A DNA stretch of 64,000 nt from the NCBI GenBank assembly GCA_965277715.1, contig OZ255836.1, positions 4,032,001 through 4,096,000 on the forward strand, in the 5' to 3' direction. Source of the stretch: Gammaproteobacteria bacterium. GTDB taxonomy: Bacteria > Pseudomonadota > Gammaproteobacteria > JBCCGL01. Positions 10,593 to 21,310 of this stretch are shown here, piece after piece. The first letter of the stretch is position 1. The number at the start of each line of letters is the position of its first letter. A program made the translations under genes and the position numbers. The notes below the pieces were generated by a model, which was not told the DNA's origin, made no database searches, and saw only the letters and a program-made list of their open reading frames with translations.

Positions 10593-12182
10593 ATGAAAAA
10601 GAAACAAGCCAATAGCCTACTGCCAGAAATGAACCGGCGCCGTTTTTTGCAAACGTCCGGTGCATTGGGTGTCGCCGCTGCAACCGGCGGCATGAGCCAG
10701 ATTGTATTTGCCGATGGCAAGAAAATTCTGAAGGTGCGCGCCTACAGCGATTTGCGCAGTCTCGACCCCGCCTTTTCCCAGGGAGTGGTCGATGAAGAGA
10801 TTCAAAGCTGCATCTACAGCAAACTCATTCAATACAAACCAGGTCGCGAATGGGGTTATCAGCTCGATGCCGCAGAGTCCATCGAACAGGCCAGCCCAAC
10901 CAGTATCAAATTTAAATTAAAGAAGGGCATCATGTTTACGGGTGGATACGGTGAGATGACGGCGGAGGATGTGAAGTACTCCTACGAACGCATTGTCGCC
11001 GATGCAACCGAATCGACAAATAAGCCCGACTGGGGAACACTCAAAGAAGTCACCGTCGACAGTAAATACGAGGGCACCATTGTTTTTGCCGACCCCTACC
11101 CACCCGCGTGGAATATCGCACTGCCCTACATCGTCGGCAATATCATTAGCAAAAAAGCCTGGGAAAAGTCCGGCGGTAAAGTCGCTACAACCACGCCATC
11201 GACATCGGGGCCGTATCTGCACAAAGCGTGGGAGCCGAAGCAACGCACAGTGCTGGCGCGCAATCCTGACTGGCATGGCGGCAGTGCGGCGTTTGATGAA
11301 ATTCATATCCTGCCGATCGATGATGAAAATACGGCGCAAATCGCCTACGAAGCGGGTGATATTGATTACACGCGTGTATCGCTGGGTTCCGTTGGCAACC
11401 TGAAAAAATCACCGCCCGCCAACTCCACCTTAGAGGAATTCCCCTCGTTGTTTTATGTGTGGGTTGGCATGAATGTGGAAAATGAATTGTTGTCGAATAA
11501 AAATTTGCGCAAAGCGATTCAGTACGCTATCGATGTGCCATCGATTATGCAGGCCTCGTATTTCGGTGCGGCTAAACCGTCAACCGGCATTATCGCACCA
11601 GGGCTGATCGGGCATCGCGAAAAAAGCCTGGTCGACCCGGCAATGAATATTGCCAAAGCAAAAGAATACCTTGCCGCCGCCGGTATGGAGGACGGTGTAA
11701 CCGTGACGCTGGATGTATTGAATAAAGCGGCCAACGTGACCACAGCGCAAGTCATTCAGGCAACCTGTGCGCAAATTGGTATCAATGTTGAGGTGAATCT
11801 GCATGAGTCGGGTGCGTTCTGGTCATTGGGTGACGCCAGCGCGGGTGAACGTTACAAAGATATCCAACTGATTCTCAATCGCTATTCGATGGCCCCCGAT
11901 CCGTCCTACGCAACCGCGTGGTTTATCACAGGGCAAAAAGGTATTTGGAACTGGGAGCGCTATAGCGATGCGGAGTTTGATAGGCTGGAGGCGGCTGCCA
12001 AAGCGGAAACCGACAACGGCAAACGCGCAAAAATGTATCAGCAGATGCAGGATTTGATGGAGGAGAGTGGTGCCTATCGCTTCCTCACCCACGAGGCGAC
12101 GCCAGTGATTTATAACAACAGTATCAAGCCGGCATTCCGCCCCGATGGATTGCCGCTGTTCCGTTATTTCGCCAGCGCTTAA
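10593..12182 (+). CDS. Peptide/nickel ABC transporter substrate-binding protein (family 5), Tat-exported
   Basis: Twin-arginine leader MNRRRFLQ; SLDPA, TAEDVKYS, SGPY motifs. Confidence 0.9.
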   Translation: MKKKQANSLLPEMNRRRFLQTSGALGVAAATGGMSQIVFADGKKILKVRAYSDLRSLDPAFSQGVVDEEIQSCIYSKLIQYKPGREWGYQLDAAESIEQASPTSIKFKLKKGIMFTGGYGEMTAEDVKYSYERIVADATESTNKPDWGTLKEVTVDSKYEGTIVFADPYPPAWNIALPYIVGNIISKKAWEKSGGKVATTTPSTSGPYLHKAWEPKQRTVLARNPDWHGGSAAFDEIHILPIDDENTAQIAYEAGDIDYTRVSLGSVGNLKKSPPANSTLEEFPSLFYVWVGMNVENELLSNKNLRKAIQYAIDVPSIMQASYFGAAKPSTGIIAPGLIGHREKSLVDPAMNIAKAKEYLAAAGMEDGVTVTLDVLNKAANVTTAQVIQATCAQIGINVEVNLHESGAFWSLGDASAGERYKDIQLILNRYSMAPDPSYATAWFITGQKGIWNWERYSDAEFDRLEAAAKAETDNGKRAKMYQQMQDLMEESGAYRFLTHEATPVIYNNSIKPAFRPDGLPLFRYFASA

Positions 12183-12215
12183 GTAGTCGGTGAGTCGGTG
12201 CAATATTCTGAGTTG

Positions 12216-12241
12216 AGGGGTGCGGCAATCAGCCGCCCCCT
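12216..12241 (+). promoter_or_regulatory. Intercistronic stem-loop between the SBP and permease genes
   Basis: GGGGTGCGGC-AATCA-GCCGCCCCC hairpin, in the position typical for stabilising SBP mRNA. Confidence 0.4.
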
Positions 12242-12270
12242 ACGTTAACAATAGTTAACGATTTTCTGTT

Positions 12271-13215
12271 GTGTTGATCTATTTAATTAAACGCATTGGC
12301 CTCGGCCTGCTGATTGTCATGCTGGCGGTCACGCTGCTGTTTTGCATGATTCATTTAGTGCCGGGAGACCCTGCGCGGATTATTCTCGGCCCGCGTGCCA
12401 CGCCGGAGTTAATCGCCAGCATGTCGGCACAGATGGGTCTGGACAAACCGTTGCCCGTGCAAATTTTGCTGTTCTTCGGTAATTTATTTACCGGTGATAT
12501 GGGCATGGATGTGATTACTAATCGCCCCGTCGCCGAGATTGTTTTTGGGCAGTTGCCTTATACGCTATGGTTAATTTTTACGGCGATAATAGGGGCCGCT
12601 GCCATTGGTATTCCACTGGGTTGTTATTCAGCCGTTAATCGCAATTCGCTCGGTGATCGCATCACAGGCGTTTTATCCGTTGCCTGTATTACCGCACCCG
12701 CATTTGTTGTCGCGTTGTATTCGCTATTAATATTTTCGGTAACGCTACGTTGGTTTCCCGCCGTTGGCGCCGGTGATAAAGGTGATATTTTCGATCAGGC
12801 AATGCACCTTGTTTTGCCCGCCTTCGCGATTGGCTTGTCGTGGGTGGGTTACCTGTCCCGATTGGTGCGCGCATCAATGCTAGAAGTGATGGGTGAAAAT
12901 CATATACGCACGGCGCGTGCTTACGGATTACCCGAGCGCGTCGTTGTTTTTCGCTACGCGCTAAAGCTCGCCGTGTTACCCACCGTGACAGTGATAGGGG
13001 TTGGCATGGGGTTTTTATTATCGGCGGCACTCTTTACTGAAATTGTCTTCGCACGGCCAGGCATTGGCAAACTGATTTACGATTCGATTGCCACGCGCAA
13101 CTACCCGGTGGTAATGGGGTCAGTGCTAATCAGTACGATTTTATTTGTTATCAGTACAACGCTTTCTGATTTAATCAATGCGTGGCTGGATCCACGTATT
13201 CGGGCCTCCCTGTAA
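12271..13215 (+). CDS. Peptide ABC transporter permease (DppB/OppB-like)
   Basis: VPGDPA, EAA loop RTARAYGL, EIVFARPGIG, RNYPVV. Confidence 0.92.
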   Translation: MLIYLIKRIGLGLLIVMLAVTLLFCMIHLVPGDPARIILGPRATPELIASMSAQMGLDKPLPVQILLFFGNLFTGDMGMDVITNRPVAEIVFGQLPYTLWLIFTAIIGAAAIGIPLGCYSAVNRNSLGDRITGVLSVACITAPAFVVALYSLLIFSVTLRWFPAVGAGDKGDIFDQAMHLVLPAFAIGLSWVGYLSRLVRASMLEVMGENHIRTARAYGLPERVVVFRYALKLAVLPTVTVIGVGMGFLLSAALFTEIVFARPGIGKLIYDSIATRNYPVVMGSVLISTILFVISTTLSDLINAWLDPRIRASL

Positions 13216-14048
13216 TGCCGATAATTAAACGCATTTGCAGTGAACCACTTGGCCTTATTGGTTTAATCCTGGTTGTACTGATAGTGGTTAGCGCAGTATT
13301 TGCCGGGTTGTTGGCGCCGTACGACCCGATTGCCCTGAACATTACTGACCGCTTGCAGGCCCCTTCACTCAACCATCTGCTGGGCACCGATCAACTGGGC
13401 CGCGACCTGTTTTCACGCGTGCTCTTTGGTGGGCAAATCGCTTTAAAAGTGGCGCTGATCTCCATCAGTATCGCGCTGAGTATTGGTGTGTTGTTGGGCA
13501 TGATCGCCGGGTTTGGCCCGCGTTGGCTGGATAACATTATCGTTTTATTCTTCGATACGATTCGCTCGTTTCCCACGGTTATGTTCGCATTGGCGACGGT
13601 GGCATTAGTCGGCCCCTCTTTAAGCACAGTTGTCGTGGTTATTATCGTTACCTCGATACCGACTTACGGGCGCGTGGTGCGCACGCAAACATTGGCGATT
13701 AAAGCCAATGAGTTTATTCAGGCTGAGCACGCAATGGGGGCATCGGTTGGTCGTATACTGGGTGTGCACCTGTTACCCAATGTTGTCGGGCCACTGTTCA
13801 TTCTTGCGTCGATGGATATTCCCACCGTTATTGCATTAGAGGCGGGCCTGAGTTTTCTCGGCATGGGGGTTAAACCGCCATCGCCGTCATGGGGCAGTAT
13901 TCTCAACGATGGTTACACACTGATTCGCAATACCCCATGGCCTATTATCGCTGGCAGTATTCCTTTGGTTTTGGTGACACTTGGGTTTACCTTTCTCGGT
14001 GAATCGCTACGCGATTTAATCGACCCGAAATTGCGCAAAAACCTATGA
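13215..14048 (+). CDS. Peptide ABC transporter permease (DppC/OppC-like)
   Basis: HLLGTDQLGRDLFSR, EAGLSFLGMG, PSWG; ATG overlaps the upstream TAA (TAATG). Confidence 0.92.
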   Translation: MPIIKRICSEPLGLIGLILVVLIVVSAVFAGLLAPYDPIALNITDRLQAPSLNHLLGTDQLGRDLFSRVLFGGQIALKVALISISIALSIGVLLGMIAGFGPRWLDNIIVLFFDTIRSFPTVMFALATVALVGPSLSTVVVVIIVTSIPTYGRVVRTQTLAIKANEFIQAEHAMGASVGRILGVHLLPNVVGPLFILASMDIPTVIALEAGLSFLGMGVKPPSPSWGSILNDGYTLIRNTPWPIIAGSIPLVLVTLGFTFLGESLRDLIDPKLRKNL

Positions 14049-15016
14049 GCGACAACGTACTTAGCATCCGCGATTTGTCGGTCAACTATCATACTGACCG
14101 TGGTGTTTTACGTGCGATGCGCAATATCAACATCGATATCCCCAGAGGGGCTATCGTTGGCATCGTGGGTGAAAGCGGTTGTGGCAAATCGACGTTGATT
14201 TCCACCATTATCCGATTACTGGCCAACAATGCCGAGATACCCAGTGGTGAGGTCGTGTTTGAAAACCGGGACTTGCTAACACTATCGGAAGATGAAATGC
14301 GGGCCTTACGCGGCGATCGGATGTCGATCGTCTTCCAGGACCCGATGTCGACGCTGAACCCAGTGTTGTCTATCGGTCGGCAAATGACAGATATACAGTA
14401 CCGCGATAAGAAAACCATGGCAGAAAAGACGCAGCGCGCTATTGCGATGTTAGCGCGTGTTGGCATTCCCGACCCAGCCAGTCGCCTAAAACAGTTTCCA
14501 CACGAATTTTCTGGTGGCATGAAGCAACGTATTGCCATTGCCATGGCGTTGCAAGCAGAACCGTCGTTGCTTATCGCCGATGAACCAACCACTGCACTGG
14601 ATGCAACGCTGGAAGTACAGATTATTCACCTACTCAAACAACTGCAAACGAACATGGGGTGTTCGATTTTGTTTATCTCACATCATCTCGGTGTCATTGC
14701 AGAATTGTGTAACTACGTAGTAGTGATGTATGCCGGTGAAGTGGTTGAGCAGGGCACGGTCAGTGATGTGTTCAAACGACCACAGCATCCGTACACAGAG
14801 AAACTGCTTGAATGCGACCCCGCCAATATCGCACAAAAGACACGCGCATTGCCGACAATTTCCGGTAGTGTGCCCGATTTGGTGGATTTGCCAGGTGGCT
14901 GTATTTTCAAGGATCGCTGCCACGCAAAAATTAACACCTGCGATACCGTTCGACCTGATTGGCTCGAAGCCGATGATAGGCATTTTGTCCGCTGCCATCT
15001 GCGGGTGCCACAGTGA
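14045..15016 (+). CDS. Peptide ABC transporter ATP-binding protein (DppD-like)
   Basis: GESGCGKS, FSGGMKQR, IADEPTTALD, C-terminal Cys-containing oligo_HPY domain. Confidence 0.93.
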   Translation: MSDNVLSIRDLSVNYHTDRGVLRAMRNINIDIPRGAIVGIVGESGCGKSTLISTIIRLLANNAEIPSGEVVFENRDLLTLSEDEMRALRGDRMSIVFQDPMSTLNPVLSIGRQMTDIQYRDKKTMAEKTQRAIAMLARVGIPDPASRLKQFPHEFSGGMKQRIAIAMALQAEPSLLIADEPTTALDATLEVQIIHLLKQLQTNMGCSILFISHHLGVIAELCNYVVVMYAGEVVEQGTVSDVFKRPQHPYTEKLLECDPANIAQKTRALPTISGSVPDLVDLPGGCIFKDRCHAKINTCDTVRPDWLEADDRHFVRCHLRVPQ

Positions 15017-15993
15017 GTGTGCTCGACGTAAACGATCTGCGTGTGCGCTTTCGCGTGCAGTCGCCGCTACAGGCAATATTGAACAAAAACCCTGATCCAT
15101 TTATCGATGCCGTGCGTAATGTTTCTTTTTCTATTGAGGAGGGAAAAACATTTACATTGGTGGGGGAGAGCGGCTCGGGTAAATCGACGCTGGCATTGGC
15201 CGTGGCCCGGCTGTTACCGAGCACTGAAGGTTCTATTCGATTCAATGGCGAGGAAGTCACCCGCATGTCAACGGCTGAGGTAATGGAGTACCGCAAACAA
15301 ATTTCAATGATGTGGCAAAACCCCGTCGGCTCGCTCAGCCCACGATTGACCGTTGGTGCATTGATTACTGAGCCGTATAAAATCCACGGGCTAAAAGACA
15401 AAGACCGCGATGCCGAATGCAATCGACTACTCGAAATGGTTGGTTTGCCAACACATTTTAGGGCGCGTTATCCGCACCAATTAAGCGGTGGCCAGGCGCG
15501 CCGGGTTGGCGTAGCCCGTGCTTTGGCCTTAAGCCCCAAATTAATTATCGCCGATGAACCCACAGCGGGCCTGGATGTTTCCGTCCAGGGCGAAATTCTA
15601 AATTTACTCAATCGCCTACAGGACACACTCGGTGTCAGCATGTTTGTGATCACACATAACCTGAATATCGTCCGCCATATTTCTGATGATACGGCAATCA
15701 TGTATCTTGGCCGGTTTTTGGAAGTAGGGCCAACCGATACTATTTTTTCCGCGCCGAAACACCCTTATACCGCTGCGTTGTTAGCGGCGAACCCGAAACC
15801 TGATCCAGACGCAGAAATGGAGCATGTCGAATTACAAGGAGAAGTACCTGGTTTGATCAATAGGCCAAAGGGTTGCGAATTTCATACCCGTTGTCCGTTT
15901 GTGAAGGATGATTGTTATCGGCAATTGCCCGAGCTGAGTGGCGGTGAGCATCTTTTTCGTTGTCACTATCCACTGGATAACGGATTCAACTGA
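15013..15993 (+). CDS. Peptide ABC transporter ATP-binding protein (DppF-like)
   Basis: GESGSGKS, LSGGQARR, IADEPTAGLD, HPYT, GCEFHTRCP. Confidence 0.93.
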   Translation: MSVLDVNDLRVRFRVQSPLQAILNKNPDPFIDAVRNVSFSIEEGKTFTLVGESGSGKSTLALAVARLLPSTEGSIRFNGEEVTRMSTAEVMEYRKQISMMWQNPVGSLSPRLTVGALITEPYKIHGLKDKDRDAECNRLLEMVGLPTHFRARYPHQLSGGQARRVGVARALALSPKLIIADEPTAGLDVSVQGEILNLLNRLQDTLGVSMFVITHNLNIVRHISDDTAIMYLGRFLEVGPTDTIFSAPKHPYTAALLAANPKPDPDAEMEHVELQGEVPGLINRPKGCEFHTRCPFVKDDCYRQLPELSGGEHLFRCHYPLDNGFN

Positions 15994-16013
15994 TTGTTAC
16001 TATGAAAGTCATT

Positions 16014-16132
16014 CCACCAAGCGCGACCTAAAAGAGCTTGAGCTACGCTTGACGCATGATCTCACTTTACGTTCAGGTGGAGTGATGGTGATAGCTATTG
16101 GCGTTGTCGCAACGCTGGTTAAGCTGTTGTAA
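16014..16132 (+). pseudogene. 3' fragment of a DUF1640/CCDC90-like coiled-coil TM protein
   Basis: TKRDLKELELRLTHDLTLRSGGVMVIAIGVVATLVKLL matches the typical C-terminus of the family; no N-terminal part. Confidence 0.55.
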
Positions 16133-16141
16133 TCAAACTCT

Positions 16142-16197
16142 TAAACCTAAAACCCTCAGTTGAATCTACTGCGGACACCTAAGATACAGAATTTAAA
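16142..16197. repeat. Degenerate copy of the CCTAAATTCCGCAGTTGAATC repeat
   Basis: AAACCTAAAACCCTCAGTTGAATCTACTGCG resembles 3934-3964. Confidence 0.6.
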
Positions 16198-16268
16198 GCG
16201 CTTTAACCCCCTAGGCCCCATGTATTAACTTGCACACAAATCAATACGTGAGGTGAGGTTGACACACA

Positions 16269-16291
16269 GGGGTTCCCGCAGCTTACTCACC
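16269..16291 (+). mobile_element. Tiny remnant of a group II intron 3' terminus
   Basis: GGGGTTCCCGCAGCTTACTCACC is 21/23 identical to the intron end at 41524-41546. Confidence 0.45.
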
Positions 16292-16400
16292 TAATTTTAT
16301 AAAAACCTGATAACAGCCACCGGCTTAAAATTTTACTGCCTGATATATTTGTTTTGTAACCGTTAAGCCAATTGATCTGGGTCTTTATATGAGTCTCAGT

Positions 16401-17111
16401 TTATCGCTTAGCAACTAACATTTCCCGCTTACCCGGTGGCCCAGGTAATCGTGTAACACAAAATCCACACTGTAGCATCGCACGCCGTACAGCCCCTTTG
16501 GCGCAATAGGTGACCACTGCACCGCCATCGTTAAGGTGTGAATACAATAAATTAATTAATTCAACCGACCACAGTTCAGCATTTTTCCCAGGGCTGAAAG
16601 CGTCGAGGAACACCAGATCAAAATGTGGTGTGTTATCTGTCAATAATAAATCGATTTTTCTGTGTAGTTGCAGGTAGGTGTTGTTGTACGCAAAAACAGG
16701 CAGTAATTCGTCTGTTATGCGATAGCAGTTATCGAGGTGGGCCAGTAGTTTTTGGGTGTGTGTAGCCCGGTTTAGTAAGGCGCCATAGTCGAGTTGTGCC
16801 AATAATGACCGGGGTAAAATGCTTTGCTCAAGTGCCGTGTAGTGTAAGTAAGCGCCCGTTTCTTCGGCCAATTGCGTGGCCAACAAATAATTTAATCCCG
16901 TGCCAAAGCCAATCTCAAGCAGTCGCAGTTTTTGTGTAGTGCGTAGTCGTAAAGCGAGTTCGCTGGCTTGAATAAATACATGCCGGGATTCATTCAATGC
17001 GCCGTGTATAGAGTGGTAGGTTTGTTGGTAGTGCGGGCAGAATAAGGTTTTTGAACCATCGGCTGTTTCAACGATATGGGGATGCCGTGTGGTGGCTGGC
17101 TCTGCACTCAT
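16401..17111 (-). CDS. mnmD: tRNA (5-methylaminomethyl-2-thiouridine)(34) methyltransferase, standalone MnmC-MTase type
   Basis: TADGSKTL, YHSIHGALNESRHVF, LEIGFGTGLN, FLDAFSP, TYCAKG, GPPGKREM. Confidence 0.85.
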   Translation of the reverse strand: MSAEPATTRHPHIVETADGSKTLFCPHYQQTYHSIHGALNESRHVFIQASELALRLRTTQKLRLLEIGFGTGLNYLLATQLAEETGAYLHYTALEQSILPRSLLAQLDYGALLNRATHTQKLLAHLDNCYRITDELLPVFAYNNTYLQLHRKIDLLLTDNTPHFDLVFLDAFSPGKNAELWSVELINLLYSHLNDGGAVVTYCAKGAVRRAMLQCGFCVTRLPGPPGKREMLVAKR

Positions 17112-17132
17112 CCGCCTGAGCCGGACAAACCG

Positions 17133-18179
17133 CTAACTAACATCAGGGTGGTGTTCATCCTCCGGCCCCAGCAGAATGGCTATCCACTGGGTATCCGGGT
17201 GGCTCTCAAAGGCAATTTTTATGGTGATGGTCAGAGGCACTGATAACAACATACCGACTGGCCCCAAAATCCAACCCCAAAAAACCAACGATAAAAATAC
17301 CACCAGGGTCGACAAACCCAATCCACGGCCCATAAAGCGTGGTTCAATAATATTTCCCACGAGTACATTAACGAAAACAAATGTCGCTGTAGTGAGCAGT
17401 GCCGCTGACCCGCCAAGCTGTACCAGGGCCAATAAAACAGCCGGAACAGCCGCAATGATCGAACCGATGTTGGGGACGAAATTCAACAGGAAGGCGAGTG
17501 TCGCCCACAGCAGGGGGAAATCCACACCAATTAGCCACAGCAGGGTGCCTATCAAAAAGCCGGTCAGTAAGCTGGCACTTGCCTTGATGGCGATATAGCG
17601 TTTTACATTATCGGTAAACAGCCTAAAGCGTGAAAACGTGGCATCTGGGTTGGCGCTTATTTGGCGTAACTTCGAGGGAAAACTGGATGCCTCGAAAAGA
17701 ATAAAAACGACGGTTAGCAGTATCAGAAAGCTGTTAGCCAGGACATTGCCAAAACCGGACAGTGTATTGGCGACCAATTGCATTGCCATAGCCGGGTTAA
17801 AGTAGTCGAGTAGTTGCGTTGAGGCAATATCCAGCCCCTGGCTATGCAACCAGGTGAGCATATTGGCCGTTTCAGTTTGTAGCCGTACTTGATAACCGGG
17901 TAGAGCGCGTGAAAAACTATCCACCGATGAACCCAACAATGCAGCGATGATGATAGCTGCGACGACGACGCCGACAATAACCAGTAGCATGGCTATCGGC
18001 TTGGGCAGACCTTTGCCCGTAAGCCAGAACAGGGGTGGGGCGGCAATCACCGCAACAAATACCGACAATAGAAAAGGCACCAACATGGCCTTGGCTGCCT
18101 GCATACCCGCGATAACGATAATAAAAGCGGCGCTGATGAGCAGCACACGCAGAGCAAATGATGAGCGCAGGTTATCCAT
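17133..18179 (-). CDS. AI-2E family transporter
   Basis: Multi-TM protein; LNFVPNIGS, GNIIEPRFMG, FWGWILGPVGMLLSVP. Confidence 0.9.
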   Translation of the reverse strand: MDNLRSSFALRVLLISAAFIIVIAGMQAAKAMLVPFLLSVFVAVIAAPPLFWLTGKGLPKPIAMLLVIVGVVVAAIIIAALLGSSVDSFSRALPGYQVRLQTETANMLTWLHSQGLDIASTQLLDYFNPAMAMQLVANTLSGFGNVLANSFLILLTVVFILFEASSFPSKLRQISANPDATFSRFRLFTDNVKRYIAIKASASLLTGFLIGTLLWLIGVDFPLLWATLAFLLNFVPNIGSIIAAVPAVLLALVQLGGSAALLTTATFVFVNVLVGNIIEPRFMGRGLGLSTLVVFLSLVFWGWILGPVGMLLSVPLTITIKIAFESHPDTQWIAILLGPEDEHHPDVS

Positions 18180-18201
18180 AATGATTCAACTGATTATTAG
18201 G

Positions 18202-19098
18202 TTAAAACGGTGGGCGGTAACTATTACATAGTTTCAGGTAGCGGTGGGTATTATCTGGCATGGGCACGCGTGCTTCGGCAATATGGCGCAGTAATTGTTT
18301 GCCTTTACACAGAACTTGCATACCCTCCTGGCAGCGGTATTTATCGAGCTGGCTGCAATTGGCTGGTATATGTGGTTCAAAGGACTGGAGTTGTTCGGCG
18401 GCGGCGACGAATGAGGGCCAGATTTTGAAAATACACGGGTCTGACTTCATTGTCTCGCATTCACGTTTTGCGGCGTTGGCAAAGGTTTCTATTTTTCCAT
18501 CGATATTGGCAAAAGCGGTACTGTTGGCAAACGTATTTTTCATGGCGGTTTTGATCAAATCAATGTCGCGCATGCTTTGTGCAATCTTGATATAGCGCGA
18601 TTGGTAAAAAGCCACAGGGGGGGTGCTGAATGCTTTAAATGGCTCTCCCCACAATTCGTCTATACCCTCTTCACCGCTGTAGTGTTTTACTTGTTTGCCG
18701 AGATCCAGCGCTTCACGAAAGCATTTGCTGCACTCTTTCATCAGCTCATTGGAACGGCTGACGACGACACTGCGCTCGCCCAGGTCTGCAATCGTGGTGA
18801 ATAAATCGGTGGCCCGGTTGAATAGTGCGCCCGCCAGCATCGCGGCGTTGACACGTTTGCGCTGTAAATTGGTTTCAGTCTGGTAACTGCGGCGGGCTTC
18901 TTCGAGCCGTTTGCCGGGGGTGTTGATGCCGGGTTCGGTGTGGTGGAATGCGCGGCGGGTGAGGTTGTCGATAAGGGCTTTACGGTTGGGCAGTGTATCG
19001 TCTGGCGGGGCGTAGTAGCGAATCCAGTAGCCATCGTAGAATATACACGGCGTGTTATCGATGTCACTGCGCGTGCCGTTTACGGGGGTATTTTTCAT
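18202..19098 (-). CDS. Conserved hypothetical protein
   Basis: Long, protein-like ORF (IFYDGYWIRYY...TRRAFHHTEPGINTPG...). Start moved to ATG 19098 to avoid overlap with cmoB. Confidence 0.65.
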   Translation of the reverse strand: MKNTPVNGTRSDIDNTPCIFYDGYWIRYYAPPDDTLPNRKALIDNLTRRAFHHTEPGINTPGKRLEEARRSYQTETNLQRKRVNAAMLAGALFNRATDLFTTIADLGERSVVVSRSNELMKECSKCFREALDLGKQVKHYSGEEGIDELWGEPFKAFSTPPVAFYQSRYIKIAQSMRDIDLIKTAMKNTFANSTAFANIDGKIETFANAAKRECETMKSDPCIFKIWPSFVAAAEQLQSFEPHIPANCSQLDKYRCQEGMQVLCKGKQLLRHIAEARVPMPDNTHRYLKLCNSYRPPF

Positions 19099-19207
19099 TG
19101 CTTTATCAAGTGTAGCCAATGGTATCGTTATTTGCGGCGCATAATATAGGCGCAGTGGGAAATTAATACAATTAGTGCGCCAGCTTAACGACGCATTTAA
19201 GCAATAT

Positions 19208-20194
19208 TTACTTTTTTTTGTTTGCCACGAATACAGCACGCACAGGTGCCGGGTGACCTTCAATGGTTTTGTTATGGTCGTCTGGGTCGAGAAAATCGGC
19301 CAGCGACTGAAACTGCATCCAATCGGTACTGCGTTGCTCGTCGGTGGTGGTTTTACGGATGTCGATAAGCCTCACATCGACAAAGCCGCAACGCTCCATC
19401 CAGCCAATCAGGGTTGCACAGCCAGGCAAAAACCAGACATTGCGCATTTGTGCATAGCGTCCTGGAGGGAGCAGTGAATAGCCTACCTCGCCATCAACCA
19501 CCAGGGTTTCCAGTACTAATTCACCGGCTGGCCGCAACAGTCGCTGTAAATCGAACAGGTGATCCAGCGGTGAGCGTCGGTGGTATAGCACGCCCATTGA
19601 AAACACGCTATCGAATACCGGCAGGTCGCCGGGAAGATCTTCAATACCCAGTGGTAAAACCCACACAGGTAGATCACCGGCAAAGTGTTTACACGCCAGA
19701 AACTGCATAACAAATAGTAGGGTGGGGTCGATACCAATAACCCACTCAGCGCCGCCTTGCAGCATGCGCCAGCAGTGGTAGCCATTGCCGCAGCCAATAT
19801 CCAGCACTTTTCGACCCGTCAGTGGGGTGATACCAGGCTGTACGCGATCCCATTTCCAGTCGGAGTGCCATTCGGTATCGATCACTGTGTTTGCTATGTT
19901 TAAGGGGCCTTTTCGCCACGGGTGGAAAGTGCGTAAACAGGTTTCCAGTTGTGTGTTTATTTCGGTGGAATAACTTTCCCCGCCAGCCATACAGAGGTGC
20001 TTGTTTTCGTACACGAGTGAGGGTTGGTCAACGCGTGGCAGTTTCGCTATGGCCTCCAGCCAAACGGGCAATTTGCCGTTGCGTTTGGCTGAGAAGGCGC
20101 TGTCGAGCAGGGGTTGTAAGGTGTGTAACAACGGTGCTGCAGGCGTATCCTGGAGTGCTGTATAAAGCGATTGGTACGCGTCTATCGGGTTCAT
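19208..20194 (-). CDS. cmoB: tRNA 5-methoxyuridine(34)/uridine 5-oxyacetic acid(34) synthase
   Basis: [47 protein letters not shown]. Confidence 0.95.
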   Translation of the reverse strand: MNPIDAYQSLYTALQDTPAAPLLHTLQPLLDSAFSAKRNGKLPVWLEAIAKLPRVDQPSLVYENKHLCMAGGESYSTEINTQLETCLRTFHPWRKGPLNIANTVIDTEWHSDWKWDRVQPGITPLTGRKVLDIGCGNGYHCWRMLQGGAEWVIGIDPTLLFVMQFLACKHFAGDLPVWVLPLGIEDLPGDLPVFDSVFSMGVLYHRRSPLDHLFDLQRLLRPAGELVLETLVVDGEVGYSLLPPGRYAQMRNVWFLPGCATLIGWMERCGFVDVRLIDIRKTTTDEQRSTDWMQFQSLADFLDPDDHNKTIEGHPAPVRAVFVANKKK

Positions 20195-20925
20195 TTTATC
20201 GCTACCAGGGAGGCAAAGTTAAAGCATTGAAACCATAGTTCACAGTGGGTGAATCCGGCTTTGTACAGGCGTTCTTTGTGGGTGTTAAGGGTTTCGGGGA
20301 TTAATACGTTTTCCAGTGCGTTGCGTTTTTGACTGACTTCCAGTTCACTGTAACCGTTGGCGCGTTTAAAGCTGTGGTGCATGTCTATTTGTAGCTGTTG
20401 GATGCGCGGGTCATCAAATGCCAGTTTTTCTGATAAGACTAAAATACCAGTGGGCCGGAGGCCCGCATAAATGCGCTCGATCAGTGCAGCGCGCAGTGTC
20501 GGGTCGATAAATTGCAGGGTGAAGTTGAGTACCACCATTGAGGCATTTTCAATGGGTGTATCGTCGATATCTGCACAGTGGATGTCGACGGGCGTAGGGC
20601 TTGTGTCGGTATTTATATTGTTACGGCACCCGTTCACCATTGCAGGTGCATTGTCGATGGCAATAATGCGGCAACCCCGGTGTTGGATATTTTGCCGCAT
20701 TGCCAGTGTGGCGGCGCCGAGTGAGCAGCCGAGGTCGTAGCAGTGGCTGTAGGCCTGTACATGTTTGCGGGCCAATAAGCCAATCGAGGTAATGATTGAG
20801 GCGTAGCCGGGCACCGAACGGCTGATCATGTCGGGAAAAACATGGGCAACGTTGTCGTCAAAGGCAAAGTCGGCAATGCTGGCGAGCTTGCTGGCGTAGA
20901 GGGTATCTTCTTGGTTGTTGGTCAT
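20191..20925 (-). CDS. cmoA: Carboxy-S-adenosyl-L-methionine synthase
   Basis: [42 protein letters not shown]; overlaps cmoB. Confidence 0.95.
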   Translation of the reverse strand: MTNNQEDTLYASKLASIADFAFDDNVAHVFPDMISRSVPGYASIITSIGLLARKHVQAYSHCYDLGCSLGAATLAMRQNIQHRGCRIIAIDNAPAMVNGCRNNINTDTSPTPVDIHCADIDDTPIENASMVVLNFTLQFIDPTLRAALIERIYAGLRPTGILVLSEKLAFDDPRIQQLQIDMHHSFKRANGYSELEVSQKRNALENVLIPETLNTHKERLYKAGFTHCELWFQCFNFASLVAIK

Positions 20926-21062
20926 GCAGGTGTTGATTAGGAGTAACCGGTGAATAATAACGTGTTGAAAGGGGCTGTTACCACTTGTCGATAGGTTTCT
21001 TTATTTTATTTTCTTTAGGCCTACACCTATCAATATAAGCTTAATGGTGAACACAAAACATC

Positions 21063-21310
21063 ATGTAGGCAGCAGCTAAAGGTTTAAGGTTTCCTACACG
21101 TGAATTGCTGGAAAGTGTCGCTCGGGGAGAAGGCGTTGTCATTACTTACCGGGGTAAACCTCACGCTAAACTAGTGCCGATTGAGGCAGTGGAGGAGAGT
21201 GATGAGACGGTTAACCCACTGAGACCCACTGAGGAGTATTTGGAAAAATGACAAGGAGAGTGAGGATATTAGTGGCTATTTGCGTAAGCTGAGGTGTGGT
21301 AGGCACAGGG
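21063..21310 (+). pseudogene. Phd/YefM-family antitoxin pseudogene
   Basis: M*AAAKGLRFPTRELLESVARGEGVVITYRGKPHAKLVPI..., then a frameshift at duplicated ACCCACTGAG to ...IWKNDKESEDISGYLRKLR. Stop at codon 2; no cognate toxin follows. Confidence 0.65.
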
